Of a DNA stretch of 64,000 nt, positions 1 to 10,155 are shown piece after piece. Both the position numbers and the translations under genes were made by a program. The DNA is taken from assembly GCA_963664325.2 (NCBI GenBank), contig CAXXDQ010000007.1, forward strand, positions 864,001-928,000, written 5' to 3'. Position 1 is the first letter of the stretch. Each line of letters opens with the position of its first letter. The notes under the pieces are model-generated. The model did not search any database and had not been told where the DNA came from. It saw nothing but the letters and a program-made list of their open reading frames with translations. The stretch is from Desulfomonilia bacterium. GTDB taxonomy: Bacteria > Desulfobacterota > Desulfomonilia > UBA1062.

Positions 1-1
1 C

Positions 2-994
2 CGTCGCCGCTTTGTTGAGGAATACGAGCAGGTTCTGGTAGGTGAAGGCGCTACCCTGCTTTGTCACATTTATCAGTTCCAGTGTCGGTTCAAATAAAAT
101 ATTGGTATTTTCCAGCTGCTGCTGCTGGTGAAGAGACCTCACCACATACAGTTTGTATCCGCCTGAGGTCACGTCCTGATACCACGGGATGTGATAATGC
201 CCGGCATAATTGGCGTAAAAATAGTCCTTGAAAGGAAGCGTAAAACCTGTGATGGTCCTGAAATCACTCACGCTGAATGCCCCCAGGTCCGCCTGGATCA
301 GCGGATATACAGGCGAGACGTGCATGGGGTGGTGAGAAAAGACCAGGATATTGTTCTGGTTTTCCGTAGGGGAGTTCCCCATATCCTGCTTGAACCACGG
401 CCATGTGCCGCCTTCGAAATCAAAGAGTTCAGCCTGCTCGGACCCGAGGCCAGGTCCGGGATTTCTGGTTCCCCAGTCCGTACAGATTATGTGCAGACCC
501 TTATAATCAAAGGAATAGTTCTGCAGATAAAGGTCCTGATCCGTCCGGGGGTCCTGCACGGGGATTGGGGCCTTGTCCCACGAATCCGGGAATAGTGCTT
601 CCAGGTCGTCGAAATGAGACGAAAAAACAGTATTGAAAGTGACTTCGTCTCCGGCATTGACTTCATTGTCGCCTATAACCGGGAGATACGGCACTGTCAG
701 GCCGTCAAGCTTTCCCCTGATCACCGATAAATTGCTGCCGCCCCAGGCCATGTCGCCCACGATGACCACGAGTTCGATCTTTTTCGCAGTCCTGTTCTCG
801 TTGATCCAGTTCACTGCCGAATCAAGACGGTCCCAATGCTCCTGGCTGCCGGTGCAGTGTGGATCGGCAATAACGGCGATGGAGAAATCGCTGGGCTTTT
901 TACACCCGGCTGCCATGAACATTACAAGAAGACAAACCAAGACTGAAGACACGAGAAGAAGATGCGATTGTCTGACCCGGACCTGATTCTTCAT
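2..994 (-). CDS. Calcineurin-like metallophosphoesterase lipoprotein (3' end runs off the window)
   Basis: Manual translation from ATG at 994: MKNQVRV...MAAGC (lipobox), then IADPH, VIVGD and VIGDNE motifs. Not in the ORF track, presumably because no stop lies inside the window. Confidence 0.75.
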   Translation of the reverse strand, partial: MKNQVRVRQSHLLLVSSVLVCLLVMFMAAGCKKPSDFSIAVIADPHCTGSQEHWDRLDSAVNWINENRTAKKIELVVIVGDMAWGGSNLSVIRGKLDGLTVPYLPVIGDNEVNAGDEVTFNTVFSSHFDDLEALFPDSWDKAPIPVQDPRTDQDLYLQNYSFDYKGLHIICTDWGTRNPGPGLGSEQAELFDFEGGTWPWFKQDMGNSPTENQNNILVFSHHPMHVSPVYPLIQADLGAFSVSDFRTITGFTLPFKDYFYANYAGHYHIPWYQDVTSGGYKLYVVRSLHQQQQLENTNILFEPTLELINVTKQGSAFTYQNLLVFLNKAAT

Positions 995-1278
995 GTTTTT
1001 CCCCTTTTCTATCGTAAAATTATTCAAATCAAAATTTACAGATTTCTCATTCAGCATCATAAATTATATTATACAGCAAAATCGCCGTAATGTCCACATG
1101 AGATGGCCGTATACTGCTTGACGGCGGTCGATTGGGGCGTCAAACATCGGTGCTGAAACCGTCATGGAAAAGGGCCTGGCACCTTTTCACGTTTAGAAAG
1201 CAGAACCGCGCCGTTTTATGATTTATGGTATTGTCAATAAAACACGGCAGGCTGTATATCATGTTCCGGGAATATATC

Positions 1279-1929
1279 ATGGGACAGGATTTGAACAGAA
1301 TAGAGAGCCTGTACGATGCCCTGGCAAGGGAATATGCGGAAGCATTTACGGGCGAGCATGAAAAGAAGCCGAAAGACCGGGAGATGCTCCTCAGGTTCTC
1401 GCAAATTATCGGGGACAGAAAGCCGGTCTGGGATCTGGGCTGCGGCCCGGGTCAGACTGCAAAATACCTGAAAGATCTCGGTGTTGAAATCTCGGGGCTG
1501 GACCTGTCCGAAAAACTGCTTGAGCAGGCCAGGACTATCTACCCGGAGATACGCTTTGTAAAGGGGAATATCCTGAATCTCGGGTTTGAAAATGATACGG
1601 TAGCCGGTGCCGTCTCGTTCTACTTAATAGTCCACTTCACAGAAGACCAGGTCGGTACTGCATTCAGCGAAGTATTCCGGGTATTGCAGCCGGGCGGGAT
1701 ATTCCTTCTCACCTGCCACGTCGGTGAAGGAACGGTCCATCTGGATGAGTTCCTCGGCAGGAAAATCGACATAGACTTCATGTTTTTCACCGCTGATTTC
1801 ATTTCCAGGTGTCTGAAGGATGCCGGATTTGAAAATATAGAAATAACCGAAAGAGAGCCGTATCCCGGAATAGAGTACGGCAGCCGGAGGGCCTATGTGT
1901 TCGCTAAAAAACCGGCACGGGATAAATGA
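1279..1929 (+). CDS. Class I SAM-dependent methyltransferase
   Basis: WDLGCGPG motif I, GLDLS motif II, VLQPGG; start at MGQDL preferred. Confidence 0.9.
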   Translation: MGQDLNRIESLYDALAREYAEAFTGEHEKKPKDREMLLRFSQIIGDRKPVWDLGCGPGQTAKYLKDLGVEISGLDLSEKLLEQARTIYPEIRFVKGNILNLGFENDTVAGAVSFYLIVHFTEDQVGTAFSEVFRVLQPGGIFLLTCHVGEGTVHLDEFLGRKIDIDFMFFTADFISRCLKDAGFENIEITEREPYPGIEYGSRRAYVFAKKPARDK

Positions 1930-2087
1930 TCAAAGGGCCCCGGCACGGGACAAAACATAAAGGGCAGGAACCTGATGAGTTTTACCGCTCTGAACGGCAT
2001 AAATAGAGATTCTTCTTGTAGCCATTTTGAATGTTGTATATTATACTTGTCTAAAATTTTATATTAATTATTCTTAAAGGAGCGGAA

Positions 2088-5000
2088 ATGGAGACTGAGC
2101 GGAGCAAGGAAACTTTGGAACAGCATGAATCAGGTCTGCCTGCCATAAAGAGACACGGCGTACGAACCGACAAGCTGCGAGTCCTTAAGATACAGCGCAC
2201 CTGTGTTCATGACGGCCCCGGCATACGCACCACGGTTTTCTTCCAGGGGTGCGGTTTGAGGTGTCTGTGGTGCCAGAACCCCGAGGCGCTGTCCATCAAT
2301 CCGGACCTGGCTCCGGACAGCGACTATTCGATTTCCGACATCATGGAAGCGGTCCTGCGGGACAAGGACTATTACTTCAAAACCGGCGGCGGGGTGACGC
2401 TGAGCGGAGGCGACCCGCTGCTGCAGGACCCGGACAGCCTGATACGCCTGCTGGAACTGCTTATAAAAGAAAAAATCCACATTGCCGTCGAAACCTCCCT
2501 TCACGTGCCCTGGGAAAATATTGACAAAATTGCGCCCTATGCAGACCTGTTCCTTGTCGACCTGAAGCTTGTCGGCGATGACAGCCTTCACAAGCAGTAC
2601 ACGAAGCAGGACAGCAGGCTGATCCATGAGAATATCAGGAAGCTGATCGATTTGAATGCGAAAGTCAAATTCCGCATGGTCATGGTGCCAGGCTACAACG
2701 ACAGCGACAGCCGGATAAAAGCGACCGCGGATTTTCTGAAGTCAGTCGGCCACGATTCAATCGAACTGCTCAAATACCACAACATGTACGAGGATAAGGC
2801 GAAGCGCCTGGGCATAGAACAGAAATCACTGAACATATCGAATGAGAGCGCCGTCGCTTCGGTCAAAGCGGCCGTCGAGCTGTTCAAATCATACGGCATA
2901 AAGGCGGAATGCATCGACCTGGACACCGCCAGACACAAGGCCGTCTTTACCCAGCGGGTCTATGACATACAGAACGCGATCAGGACCAGCGATCACAGCC
3001 TGTGTTTCGAGGTTTCCAACCTCAAGACCGACTTCTACAAGAAGAACGGTTTCGACGAGCCTTCATACATCCACAGGGCCAAGCGCCTTGATTATGTGCT
3101 CAAAAACAAGAGCGTCATCGTCTATCCCGGCGAGCTGCTGGTCGGCAACTATACCGAAAAAAGGCGCGGCGCACAGGTATGGGAAGAGCACTATGGCGCT
3201 CTCCTGGTTTCAATCATCCACCAGATCCATAAACAGACCCCGGTTTCATTTCAATGCTCGTTAAAAGACAAGCTGACCTTCTATTTCAAGATATTCCCGT
3301 TCTGGATGAACCGTTGCCTCATGATGAAGGTGAACAAGACCTTCAAGGATTTGAGGATGATGATTGCGCGCTCTTCCGAGATGAATGTGGGATTCAACAA
3401 TAATATGGCATCTGTCGCACATTTTGTAGTCAACTACGAGCGCATGCTCGAGCTTGGAACAACGGGCATCATCAAAGAGATCGAGACCATGAAGAAGGAG
3501 AAACCTGAAAACAATCAGGACTTCTATGACGCCGCAATCATTACGCTCAGGGCGCTGGAAGCCTGGGCCGAACGCTATGCCGGTAAACTGGCAGAGATGA
3601 GCAGAACGGAATCCGACCCGGCGCGCAAAAAAGAGCTCGAAGACATGGCCGCCATCTGCAGGTATGTCCCCAGAAACCCGGCGCGCACATACCATGAGGC
3701 GCTCCAGAGCATGATGTTCATACATATCGGGCTTTGCCTGGAGACCTTTGAAAATGCGATATCCCCGGGCAGGCTGGACATGATACTCAACCCCTACTAC
3801 GAAAGGGACAAGGCGGCCGGTATAATCGATTATGAAAGGGCGAAAGAGCTCCTTGCGCTCTTTATCATCAAGATGGACGAAGCCATCTTTGTAAACGACG
3901 GCGATACCTATCTCAGGGTCGGAAGGCTATTCGAGACCATGTCCACAGACCAGACAGTAACCGCGGGCGGCCTTGGCAGAGACGGCAAGGATGCGACAAA
4001 TGACCTCACTTATGCCCTCCTTGATATCTGCGAACTGCAGCCCTATGCCATAAACATGACGGCCAGAATCCATCAGGACAGCCCGGTTGAATATCTCGAC
4101 AGGCTTGCCGAAGTCTACATAAACGGCGCGCCGATGCCTGCGCTTTATAATGACGAGCTTTACATCGAGACTCTGCAGAAGCATTACGGCACCACGGTTG
4201 AAGACGCCAGGAACTATGCGATAATAGGCTGCGTCGAGCCCAATGCATCGGACGACCATTACGGCAATACCGACTGCGCGAACATGAACGTGACGCTTCC
4301 GTTCCTTCAGGCATTAAAAGGCGAAGAAAACGATTTGTGGAACTTCGACTTCTGGGACGAGCAGGAAAAAATCCAGACCAAATTTATAGAATACAACTTC
4401 AGCGGCGACGGCAAGGCCTCGAAGTTCATATTCAACAATTACATGAAGGCGAGAGACTTCTACAAGAAGATGAGAACCCCTGCTCCGAATCCGCCCAGGA
4501 ACATGGATGAGCTGATGGAGCGCTTCCAGACCCGCCTTAACTTCCTGGCGACCTCCATCCTGACAGACCACCAGAAGATCGAAGTGGCTATCCGCAAAGA
4601 CTTCACCACTCCGCTCGCTTCATCCCTGTCCAGAAATTCCATCGCCACCGGAAAAGACCTTAACGAAGGCGGCGCTAAGTTCAACAGCAGCGGCATTCAG
4701 GCGGTCGGCATCACCGATGTGGCCGATTCCCTGCACGCAATAGACGTGGTCGTTTTCAAGAAAAAGCTCTACTCTCTCATGGACATCATCAATGCCATAA
4801 ACCATGATTTCAAAGGCGAATACTATACCCAGATAAGAGAGGCCCTTCTTGCAGTGCCCAAGTTCGGGCAGGACGAGTCCCAGGAGGCAATCGACTGGGT
4901 CAACAGGACATTGCAGGTTTATATAAACGCGCTCGCCCAGGTGCCCAACTGCACGAGAAACGGCATATATGCAGCCGGCTATTACGCGCTCAACGTAAGC

Positions 5001-5429
5001 GACGTCTACGGCAAAAAGACGCCGTCGCTGCCTTCAGGCAGGTTGAAGGGCGTGCCCCTGGCCAACAGTGTGGCCCCTCATTACGGAATGGAGTTCGCCG
5101 ACCTCTTATCATCGCTCAATTCGGTGGCAGGCGTTGACTTTGTGAAATACGCGCCGAACGGGACTACTGTTACATTTACCATCGACTCAGCCCTGTTCCA
5201 GGGACCGGGAGGAACCAGGAACCTTGCCAGCATATTCAGCACCTATTTCAAAAAGGGCGGCATGCAGTTCCAGCCCAATGTCATCGACAAACAGATTTTG
5301 ATAGACGCATACGACCACCCGGAAAAGTACCCGTTCCTGCTGGTCCGCGTTGCAGGCTACTGCGCCTACTTCAACGACCTGTCAGACGATCTAAAGAAGA
5401 TAATTATCAACAGGACGTGTTACTGCTAG
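2088..5429 (+). CDS. Fused glycyl-radical enzyme activase (radical SAM) plus glycyl-radical enzyme (PFL superfamily)
   Basis: N-terminus has HDGPGIRTTVFFQGCGLRCLWCQNPE (CxxxCxxC) and GGGVTLSGGDP. C-terminal part has the GCVEP Cys loop and LLVRVAGYCAYF Gly loop. RBS AAGGAG. Confidence 0.92.
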   Translation: METERSKETLEQHESGLPAIKRHGVRTDKLRVLKIQRTCVHDGPGIRTTVFFQGCGLRCLWCQNPEALSINPDLAPDSDYSISDIMEAVLRDKDYYFKTGGGVTLSGGDPLLQDPDSLIRLLELLIKEKIHIAVETSLHVPWENIDKIAPYADLFLVDLKLVGDDSLHKQYTKQDSRLIHENIRKLIDLNAKVKFRMVMVPGYNDSDSRIKATADFLKSVGHDSIELLKYHNMYEDKAKRLGIEQKSLNISNESAVASVKAAVELFKSYGIKAECIDLDTARHKAVFTQRVYDIQNAIRTSDHSLCFEVSNLKTDFYKKNGFDEPSYIHRAKRLDYVLKNKSVIVYPGELLVGNYTEKRRGAQVWEEHYGALLVSIIHQIHKQTPVSFQCSLKDKLTFYFKIFPFWMNRCLMMKVNKTFKDLRMMIARSSEMNVGFNNNMASVAHFVVNYERMLELGTTGIIKEIETMKKEKPENNQDFYDAAIITLRALEAWAERYAGKLAEMSRTESDPARKKELEDMAAICRYVPRNPARTYHEALQSMMFIHIGLCLETFENAISPGRLDMILNPYYERDKAAGIIDYERAKELLALFIIKMDEAIFVNDGDTYLRVGRLFETMSTDQTVTAGGLGRDGKDATNDLTYALLDICELQPYAINMTARIHQDSPVEYLDRLAEVYINGAPMPALYNDELYIETLQKHYGTTVEDARNYAIIGCVEPNASDDHYGNTDCANMNVTLPFLQALKGEENDLWNFDFWDEQEKIQTKFIEYNFSGDGKASKFIFNNYMKARDFYKKMRTPAPNPPRNMDELMERFQTRLNFLATSILTDHQKIEVAIRKDFTTPLASSLSRNSIATGKDLNEGGAKFNSSGIQAVGITDVADSLHAIDVVVFKKKLYSLMDIINAINHDFKGEYYTQIREALLAVPKFGQDESQEAIDWVNRTLQVYINALAQVPNCTRNGIYAAGYYALNVSDVYGKKTPSLPSGRLKGVPLANSVAPHYGMEFADLLSSLNSVAGVDFVKYAPNGTTVTFTIDSALFQGPGGTRNLASIFSTYFKKGGMQFQPNVIDKQILIDAYDHPEKYPFLLVRVAGYCAYFNDLSDDLKKIIINRTCYC

Positions 5430-5442
5430 ATTGATCTATGAA

Positions 5443-5476
5443 GGGCCATGTCATTGAGACATGGCCCCTGTGTTTT
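5443..5476 (+). terminator. Putative intrinsic terminator after the glycyl-radical fusion gene
   Basis: GGGCCATGTC-attga-GACATGGCCC stem followed by a short T-rich tail. Confidence 0.6.
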
Positions 5477-5531
5477 CCTAAAAACATTTATTCCGATAAA
5501 AATGATGGGGAGTCTTACCCAAAGGAACAAA

Positions 5532-6056
5532 ATGAAATACAAGATATTTGAGGCAAACACTGCCGATCTTGAGCCACTTCAAAAATACCTGATACAGTTT
5601 TTCAATCTAGAGATTGAAGGAATTTCACAAAGGCCTGATGGGATAACCCTGGCCGAGGTAAAAGAATATATTCCAGATGATTCAAATATTAATGATAAGC
5701 TTTGCCTCCTGGCAAAACTCGATAATGCAATTGTTGGCAACCTGACTTTGAAAAGAAACCCCAAGTTCGAATACCGTCATTCAGGCGAATTCGGGATAAC
5801 AGTCTTTCCTGAGCATCAAAACAAAGGCATAGGTACAGCTCTGATCAGCAAAATGGAAAAATGGGCAAAACAAAATAATTTTATAAGACTCGAGCTTGGA
5901 GTTTGGTCAAACAACACCAATGCAATAAATCTCTATAAAAAGCTTGGATATTCGTTTGAAGGTATAAAGAAAGATGCTATCATCAGGTTCTCTAATGTTT
6001 ATGACTTGATACTTATGGTGAAAATGATTCGCGACATAAAAAGCGGCCATTATTGA
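5532..6056 (+). CDS. GNAT N-acetyltransferase
   Basis: VFPEHQNKGIGTALI acetyl-CoA motif, NTNAINLYKKLGY; low GC. Confidence 0.88.
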   Translation: MKYKIFEANTADLEPLQKYLIQFFNLEIEGISQRPDGITLAEVKEYIPDDSNINDKLCLLAKLDNAIVGNLTLKRNPKFEYRHSGEFGITVFPEHQNKGIGTALISKMEKWAKQNNFIRLELGVWSNNTNAINLYKKLGYSFEGIKKDAIIRFSNVYDLILMVKMIRDIKSGHY

Positions 6057-6106
6057 GTATCATCATGTTCCTCTCCTGTATGCCAACCCGATGAAAACCA
6101 GAAATA

Positions 6107-6529
6107 CAAAAGGTGTCAGGCCTTTATTCTTGAGATTTAGTTTCATTATCTCTTTCGAACAGCGCGCGCCAATATCCATTCTGTTAAGAAAGTCTTCAAC
6201 ACATACACCCTGACATAATCAAGCAGTCGGCTCCAGTTTGGCAACTGCCCATTTCATGACCTTGCGCACATCTTCATACTCATCCTCACGCATCTTTTTC
6301 ATGACAGGCAGCAGAGGCCTGGCCCTTTCGCCGATGTAATCCACGGCGTTGGCGGCATAGAGCCTGACCATCTGGTTCCCGCTCCCCAGCGCCTTTGACA
6401 GAACAGGCAGCGCCCTGCCCGTATCACCGGCAACGCAGAGGGTCTGCGCAGCGGTTATGCGTACCGTAACCGAAGGGTCATCAAGGAGTCCGGTAAGATC
6501 GCATTTCTCTCCCGTAATGAGACAACCGA
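6107..6529 (+). repeat. Direct repeat copy 1 (~423 bp, ~95% identical to 10156-10578)
   Basis: Colinear match at offset 4049; about 18 mismatches counted by eye. Confidence 0.95.
6219..6529 (-). pseudogene. Duplicated 3' fragment (HEAT tail) of the sulfatase gene
   Basis: GCLITG...KLEPTA nearly identical to the C-terminus of 10268-12082; no genuine 5' end. Confidence 0.85.
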
Positions 6530-6725
6530 TACCGATCCCGGCTTCGCAACCTCTAAAAATGACTATTCGCTGGAAACATACATATTGAAGCAAAACCACT
6601 ATCAAATCGAGCTGCTGACAAATCTGGACGAGCTGCTCGAAGCAGGCGCACTTCTTGTGGTAACTTTCCCGAAGCCGAAAGACGGGTCCGGTTTTCCCGC
6701 CCGTGTGTTCGCCATCCTGCCATGA
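6519..6725 (+). pseudogene. 3' remnant of a cyclase (kynurenine formamidase-like) family gene
   Basis: Translation ETTDTDPGFATSKNDYSLETYILKQNHYQIELLTNLDELLEAGALLVVTFPKPKDGSGFPARVFAILP* resembles the cyclase-family C-terminus. Confidence 0.75.
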
Positions 6726-6938
6726 AGGTACTCATTAAGTTGTATTGGATTAATCCTTTCCGATCATTTTGCCGATTCTTAAAATAGAAAGTACTGATGA
6801 ACATACTAACATCGGAAGAAAATTACTGAATGCGAATCTGACAGATGGTCAAATATGTTTGGAAGCGGCCATTTCTGATAATTTTTTTCCATGAGGCAGA
6901 TAGTTGAATAAGTTTATTATAAAAAAGTATCGAGGGAT

Positions 6939-7871
6939 ATGAGTAAAATAAATCGACCATGCCGGATATTTGCTTTCTCAGTTTTCTTTATACTTTCGTC
7001 ATTATTTATTTCAGGATGTGAAAACAGATATGAATATTTAGATCTTAGCTGCTATCAATATCGTGATACAAAAGACCTTGTTAAATTTGTTTATGATGCT
7101 TCGCTGATAGTTAAGAAAGATGGTTTGAAAAGCCTGAGCTATTTTAGAAACAACCGCAAACTTTATAATACTGCCGAGCGTTATCTCTACATCCACGATA
7201 TAAACGGGGTAACTATCTATCACGCAGGGATGCCTCAGCTCGAGGGCAGGAACCTGTGTGATCTTAAAGATAAAAACGGCAAGAAACCATATCTATTGGC
7301 GATAGCGGCGTTAGCTGACAAAAACAATCCGCACGCCTGGGTGCATTATTCCTGGTGGGAGCCGGGTAAATTCTATCCTGTCCCGAAATCATCCTGTCAT
7401 TTCAAGGTTATAACACCTGAAGGTAAAGTTTTATTCGTTGGCGGCGGTTTGAATTATCCTCACGAAGAAAAGGAATTCATCAGGATTATCGTCGATTGCG
7501 CTGCCCAATTGATTAAGGAAAAAGGCTATGCCGCTCTTTCGGAAATAGCAGATCCTGTCTCTCAATACATTTTTAGGGATGTAAAAGTTTTTGTTTTTAC
7601 CCCTGACGGCGAACTGCTTATATCGCCTGTATTAAACGACAGTCTTACGAAAATCAATCTTGTGGATTGTGTCGATGAGATGGGTCATAAACCATTTGAG
7701 AAGGCTCTGGGAGAACTGACCAATCAAGATTCGGTCTGGGAAATCTTCCTTGAGAAAAACAGATATCAGCGGATGCTTGTCAAGAAGAGTTTATATTTGC
7801 GCAAAACATATATCGGCGGGCAGAAAATCTATGTCGGCGCTATAACAGACCTTCCGCAACCGCCGGGATAG
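6939..7871 (+). CDS. Lipoprotein with two tandem Cache-like sensory/binding domains
   Basis: Lipobox ISGC; two repeats of the Cache_2-like pattern (YLYIHD...G.N..D.KD.NGK; VFVF...N..D..DE.G.K). Confidence 0.75.
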   Translation: MSKINRPCRIFAFSVFFILSSLFISGCENRYEYLDLSCYQYRDTKDLVKFVYDASLIVKKDGLKSLSYFRNNRKLYNTAERYLYIHDINGVTIYHAGMPQLEGRNLCDLKDKNGKKPYLLAIAALADKNNPHAWVHYSWWEPGKFYPVPKSSCHFKVITPEGKVLFVGGGLNYPHEEKEFIRIIVDCAAQLIKEKGYAALSEIADPVSQYIFRDVKVFVFTPDGELLISPVLNDSLTKINLVDCVDEMGHKPFEKALGELTNQDSVWEIFLEKNRYQRMLVKKSLYLRKTYIGGQKIYVGAITDLPQPPG

Positions 7872-7886
7872 TTGAGGATACTACTG

Positions 7887-9227
7887 ATGGCAGAAGATAA
7901 AAAATACGAATATTCTGTAAATGAAGTGCCGCCTGCAGGTCATCTGGTATTATCTGCGTTTCAGCATGTTCTGCTGATGGTTGTTTCTATCGGCCTGCCA
8001 ATAATTTTTTCTGCCCAGCTCAATGAAACGCCGGAATTTACAGCTTCTCTGGTAACCTTTTCAATGCTGGCCTCGGGTATCGGCTCGATTATACAGGCCT
8101 TGAGATTGCCTTATCTGGGTTCCGGCTATTTATGCCCTAATCTTTGCGGTCCTTCATATTTAAGTCTTTCGCTTTCTGCGACATGGATCGGCGGCCTGCC
8201 TTTGATGCGCGGTATTACTATCATTGCCGGTTTAATCGAGATATTTCTTGCACCAGCCGTGCAAAAGCTTAAAAGCATATTCCCGATATACATCGTCGGC
8301 CTTGTTGTTACTTTGGTCGGAATAAGCATTATTCAAATTGCGATAACATCTTTTTTCGGTCTTACCTTTCAAGGTGATGCCATAAGAAGCATAGATATTT
8401 TTATCGGCGCTGTATCTTTGTTCATAATGGTTTTCTGCAATGTGTGGGGTAAGGGATTTGTCAAGACTTACTGTCTGATTATCGGGATGTTCTCAGGCTG
8501 GATTCTGTCCTTGATCATCGTTCCTGAGTACTGGCAAAACCTTGTTTCAATCAAAAACAGTCCTTTTTTTGCACTGCCTCAATTCAGTTCGCTTCTTAAT
8601 CCGATTACATTTAAGCTCAATCTTCTGATTCCTCTGATAGTTATCGCCATCGGCAGCACCTTGAAAACCTTCGGTAATCTTTTGGCCGCACAGAAGATAT
8701 CAGAGCCTGAGCTTGATGAGGTTAATTTTATACCTATCCGTAATGGAATTGTTGCCGATGGCCTTGCAACTACTTTATCAGGATTATTAGGAGCCATGGC
8801 AGTGGATACATCATCAAGCAATATCGGGCTGGCCGGCGCTACCAGGGTGCTTAGCAGGTGGATCAGCATTGTGGCGGGGATAATTTTTATTGTGCTCGCA
8901 TTTTTTCCAATGCTTATTAATGGACTTTCCAATATACCAAAGCCAGTTCTTGGCGCTTCGACCATTTTCAGTGGATGTTTTATGATTTGCGCGGGTTTAA
9001 TTCAGATGATGGATGAAAAATGGGATCAACGTAAAACATTTGTAGTGGGCATCGCCTTGTTTTTCGGCTTGAGCACCGCTTTCCTGCCTTCGCTCTATGC
9101 CAGGGCGCCAAAGATCATACAGACATTTTTTACAGACCCGCTGCCGACAGCAACAATTCTTGCCGTCATCTTAAATCAGATTATCAACCTTGATATACTT
9201 TATAAAAAATTAAGGAAAAAAGATTAA
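7887..9227 (+). CDS. NCS2 family xanthine/uracil permease
   Basis: FQHVLLM in TM1, GIVADG, SSSNIGL signature region, PKPVLG; many hydrophobic helices. Confidence 0.88.
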   Translation: MAEDKKYEYSVNEVPPAGHLVLSAFQHVLLMVVSIGLPIIFSAQLNETPEFTASLVTFSMLASGIGSIIQALRLPYLGSGYLCPNLCGPSYLSLSLSATWIGGLPLMRGITIIAGLIEIFLAPAVQKLKSIFPIYIVGLVVTLVGISIIQIAITSFFGLTFQGDAIRSIDIFIGAVSLFIMVFCNVWGKGFVKTYCLIIGMFSGWILSLIIVPEYWQNLVSIKNSPFFALPQFSSLLNPITFKLNLLIPLIVIAIGSTLKTFGNLLAAQKISEPELDEVNFIPIRNGIVADGLATTLSGLLGAMAVDTSSSNIGLAGATRVLSRWISIVAGIIFIVLAFFPMLINGLSNIPKPVLGASTIFSGCFMICAGLIQMMDEKWDQRKTFVVGIALFFGLSTAFLPSLYARAPKIIQTFFTDPLPTATILAVILNQIINLDILYKKLRKKD

Positions 9228-9604
9228 AATTGTTCGTTTAAAAAGCCGGGAGGCCATAACCAGCTCTGGAATCTCAGCTCTTTTTTTTCAGCCCTCGATA
9301 AATTGAATCAGCCCTGTCCCGGCGGAAAAAATGCCAAGTCTCAAATGAGTTTTTGGCGAGCTCAGATGCTGTATTGAAAGGTGATTTATGCTTTTGAAAA
9401 ATCATAGATTGCTTACAGTAATATGTGGTTTTACCTCAACGCTTGATAGTAGAGATTTCGTGGTGATATATTAAGTCCAAATGGAACTGTTTTTGCTATA
9501 ATTGAAACAAAGATGGTATTGTAAGAAATAGAATTCATTTGATTGAAGTTCTTTGACAACTAAGTTGGTTTTAATGGAATAATCATTTTAGGAGGCAGTC
9601 TATA

Positions 9605-10141
9605 ATGATCCATCGAATATATTTCTTCTTGTTGATAGTTTTTATAACAACAGGATGTGGGATAACATCAACAATGGTATCTAGTATAGGAGCTAAAGCC
9701 AAATGGAGTAGGCAAGAAAGCACCAACAAAGATAATATTGTTTCAATGTCACTTTTAAACTCAAAGATGGAAATTTCAAAAAATGGAGATATGCCAATTT
9801 ATTTCCCATACAAAAGTTTGAGACCATCAAAAGAAGGTGAGTTTCTTGATACTATTGAATTAAAAATGTCAGATATAAAATGGTCGTCAAAGAACAATAC
9901 AAACAAGACAGGAGAAATATCATGTTTTTTAAGTGGAGAACCAATTCTTTTTGAAGTTAATTTATACAATGATGGGAAAGGTAATGAATTTTTGTCACTT
10001 ATAAGTCGCTATAGAAGCTGGTATGGATATCCTGCACAATGCTTAATGCTTGTGGCTGTACCAGCAGATTTTGTAATTGGAACATTATGGTTTACGGGAG
10101 TTGCAATAATTACTCCAATACAATTAATCATTCACAATTGA
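9605..10141 (+). CDS. Hypothetical lipoprotein with hydrophobic C-terminus
   Basis: RBS AGGAGG, lipobox TTGC, very low GC. Confidence 0.7.
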   Translation: MIHRIYFFLLIVFITTGCGITSTMVSSIGAKAKWSRQESTNKDNIVSMSLLNSKMEISKNGDMPIYFPYKSLRPSKEGEFLDTIELKMSDIKWSSKNNTNKTGEISCFLSGEPILFEVNLYNDGKGNEFLSLISRYRSWYGYPAQCLMLVAVPADFVIGTLWFTGVAIITPIQLIIHN

Positions 10142-10155
10142 ATAATTAAAGGAAC

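Noticed and set aside
2088-5429. Calling the fusion pflAB or cutCD
   Set aside because: It lacks the PFL Cys-Cys pair, and I cannot confirm CutC-specific residues or gene context.
6219-6605. 128-aa ORF as an independent HEAT protein
   Set aside because: It is a chimera of the duplicated sulfatase tail and antisense cyclase sequence.
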